Shown here: positions 35,017 to 35,592 of the stretch, piece after piece | Layout of the letters: each line of letters opens with the position of its first letter | Position numbering within the stretch: the first letter of the stretch is position 1 | Assembly: GCA_035641775.1 (NCBI GenBank) | Contig: DASQTS010000127.1 | Span: 1-35,592, forward strand | Length of the DNA: 35,592 nucleotides | Source: Thermoleophilaceae bacterium | GTDB lineage: Bacteria; Actinomycetota; Thermoleophilia; Solirubrobacterales; Thermoleophilaceae | Direction of reading: 5' to 3' | Position numbers and translations under genes: made by a program | Notes under the pieces: generated by a model | Database searches by the model: none | Seen by the model: the letters and a program-made list of their open reading frames with translations, nothing else | Told to the model about the DNA's origin: nothing

Positions 35017-35592
35017 ACGCCCCCGCCTCGATCACCGTCACGCCGGTCTTCGTTGCCGACCTTTCCGTCGAGGGCGAGCGGATGCCGGTCTACGTGCACG
35101 TCATCGACCATCCCGAAGCGCGCGTACTGGTCGACACCGGCATGACGGAGCTGCACCCGGCGATGGCCGACATGGATCCCCGCCTCCAGCCGCTGAGCGA
35201 GCAGGACTTCGATCTCGCCGGCATCGACATCGTCGTCAACACACACCTGCACGCCGACCACTGCGGCGGCAACCACCTCTTTGCCGGCAAGCCGATCTAT
35301 GTTCAGCGTCGGGAGCTCGACGACGCGCGCAGCAAGGACGACTACTCCATTCGCGAGTGGGTCGAGGCGCCCGGCGTGCAGTACGAGCCGGTCGACGGCG
35401 AGCACGAGCTGCTGCCCGGGCTCCGACTCGTCCCGGCGCCGGGCCACACACCCGGCATGCAGATGGTCGTCGTCGAGACTGGCGGGCGCCCGGTCATCGT
35501 CGGCGGCGACGTGGCGGTGTGGTTCGGCGAGTTCGACGAGCCGCCCACCGAAGGCCGGCAGCGGGTCCTTGCGCTCGACCCCGAACTCGTCT
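35013..35592 (+). CDS. MBL-fold metallo-hydrolase (partial, runs off the 3' end of the window)
   Basis: Not in the ORF track because no stop occurs before the window end. ATG 35013 forms an ATGA overlap with the sigma-factor stop. My translation is 'MNAPASITVTPVFVADLSVEGERMPVYVHVIDHPEARVLVDTGM...IVVNTHLHADHCGGNHLF...PAPGHTPGMQ', containing the H-x-H-x-D-H zinc motif. Confidence 0.8.
   Translation, partial: MNAPASITVTPVFVADLSVEGERMPVYVHVIDHPEARVLVDTGMTELHPAMADMDPRLQPLSEQDFDLAGIDIVVNTHLHADHCGGNHLFAGKPIYVQRRELDDARSKDDYSIREWVEAPGVQYEPVDGEHELLPGLRLVPAPGHTPGMQMVVVETGGRPVIVGGDVAVWFGEFDEPPTEGRQRVLALDPELV

Overview
Very GC-rich, gene-dense bacterial chromosome segment. Gene content and codon style suggest Actinomycetota, possibly Thermoleophilia or Rubrobacteria-like; that placement is inference only. 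No rRNA, intact tRNA, CRISPR array, transposase or integrase is visible. All family calls come from motif recognition by eye, not from a search.

Layout, left to right:
- 49-5618: cell-envelope glycan cluster. GT-C membrane transferase, O-antigen-ligase-like protein, GT2 and GT4 on the minus strand, with a divergent small phosphoglycosyl transferase.
- 5619-9535: secreted Amidase_2/PGRP amidase, two tandem DUF3105 paralogs and an alpha/beta hydrolase.
- 9602-17632: nine-gene form-II CO-dehydrogenase-like molybdoenzyme cluster (coxS-L-M-D-E, two xdhC-like genes, mocA, coxG). Almost every junction is an NTGA start/stop overlap.
- 17594-25159: carboxylesterase, MarR regulator, MocR/GntR-aminotransferase regulator, a PspC / HisKA_3 kinase / LuxR response-regulator module, a VOC protein and a double-GNAT protein.
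- 25.4-33.8 kb: visibly less GC-rich accessory-looking stretch. Tautomerase, alpha/beta hydrolase, TPR regulator-like protein, a twice-frameshifted cupin, a eukaryote-type Moco-sulfurase NifS-like protein, a class II amidotransferase coupled to a tandem cNMP-domain protein, DUF1059 and DUF4395.
- 34030-35592: ECF sigma factor with an NTF2-like tail, coupled to an MBL-fold hydrolase that runs off the window.

Most unusual signals:
- Three direct copies (25399, 28821, 33647) of a 110-190 nt element. Its minus-strand 3' end is a tRNA-Ala-like 3' half, followed by further conserved blocks and a hairpin.
- A 42-bp tandem duplication of a 9-bp-stem palindromic unit fills the divergent promoter region at 4929-5012. 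A third inverted copy sits between convergent genes at 18719-18748.

Many long ORFs in the supplied track are Arg/Ala/Pro/Gly-rich off-frame or antisense artefacts of the high GC content and were rejected.
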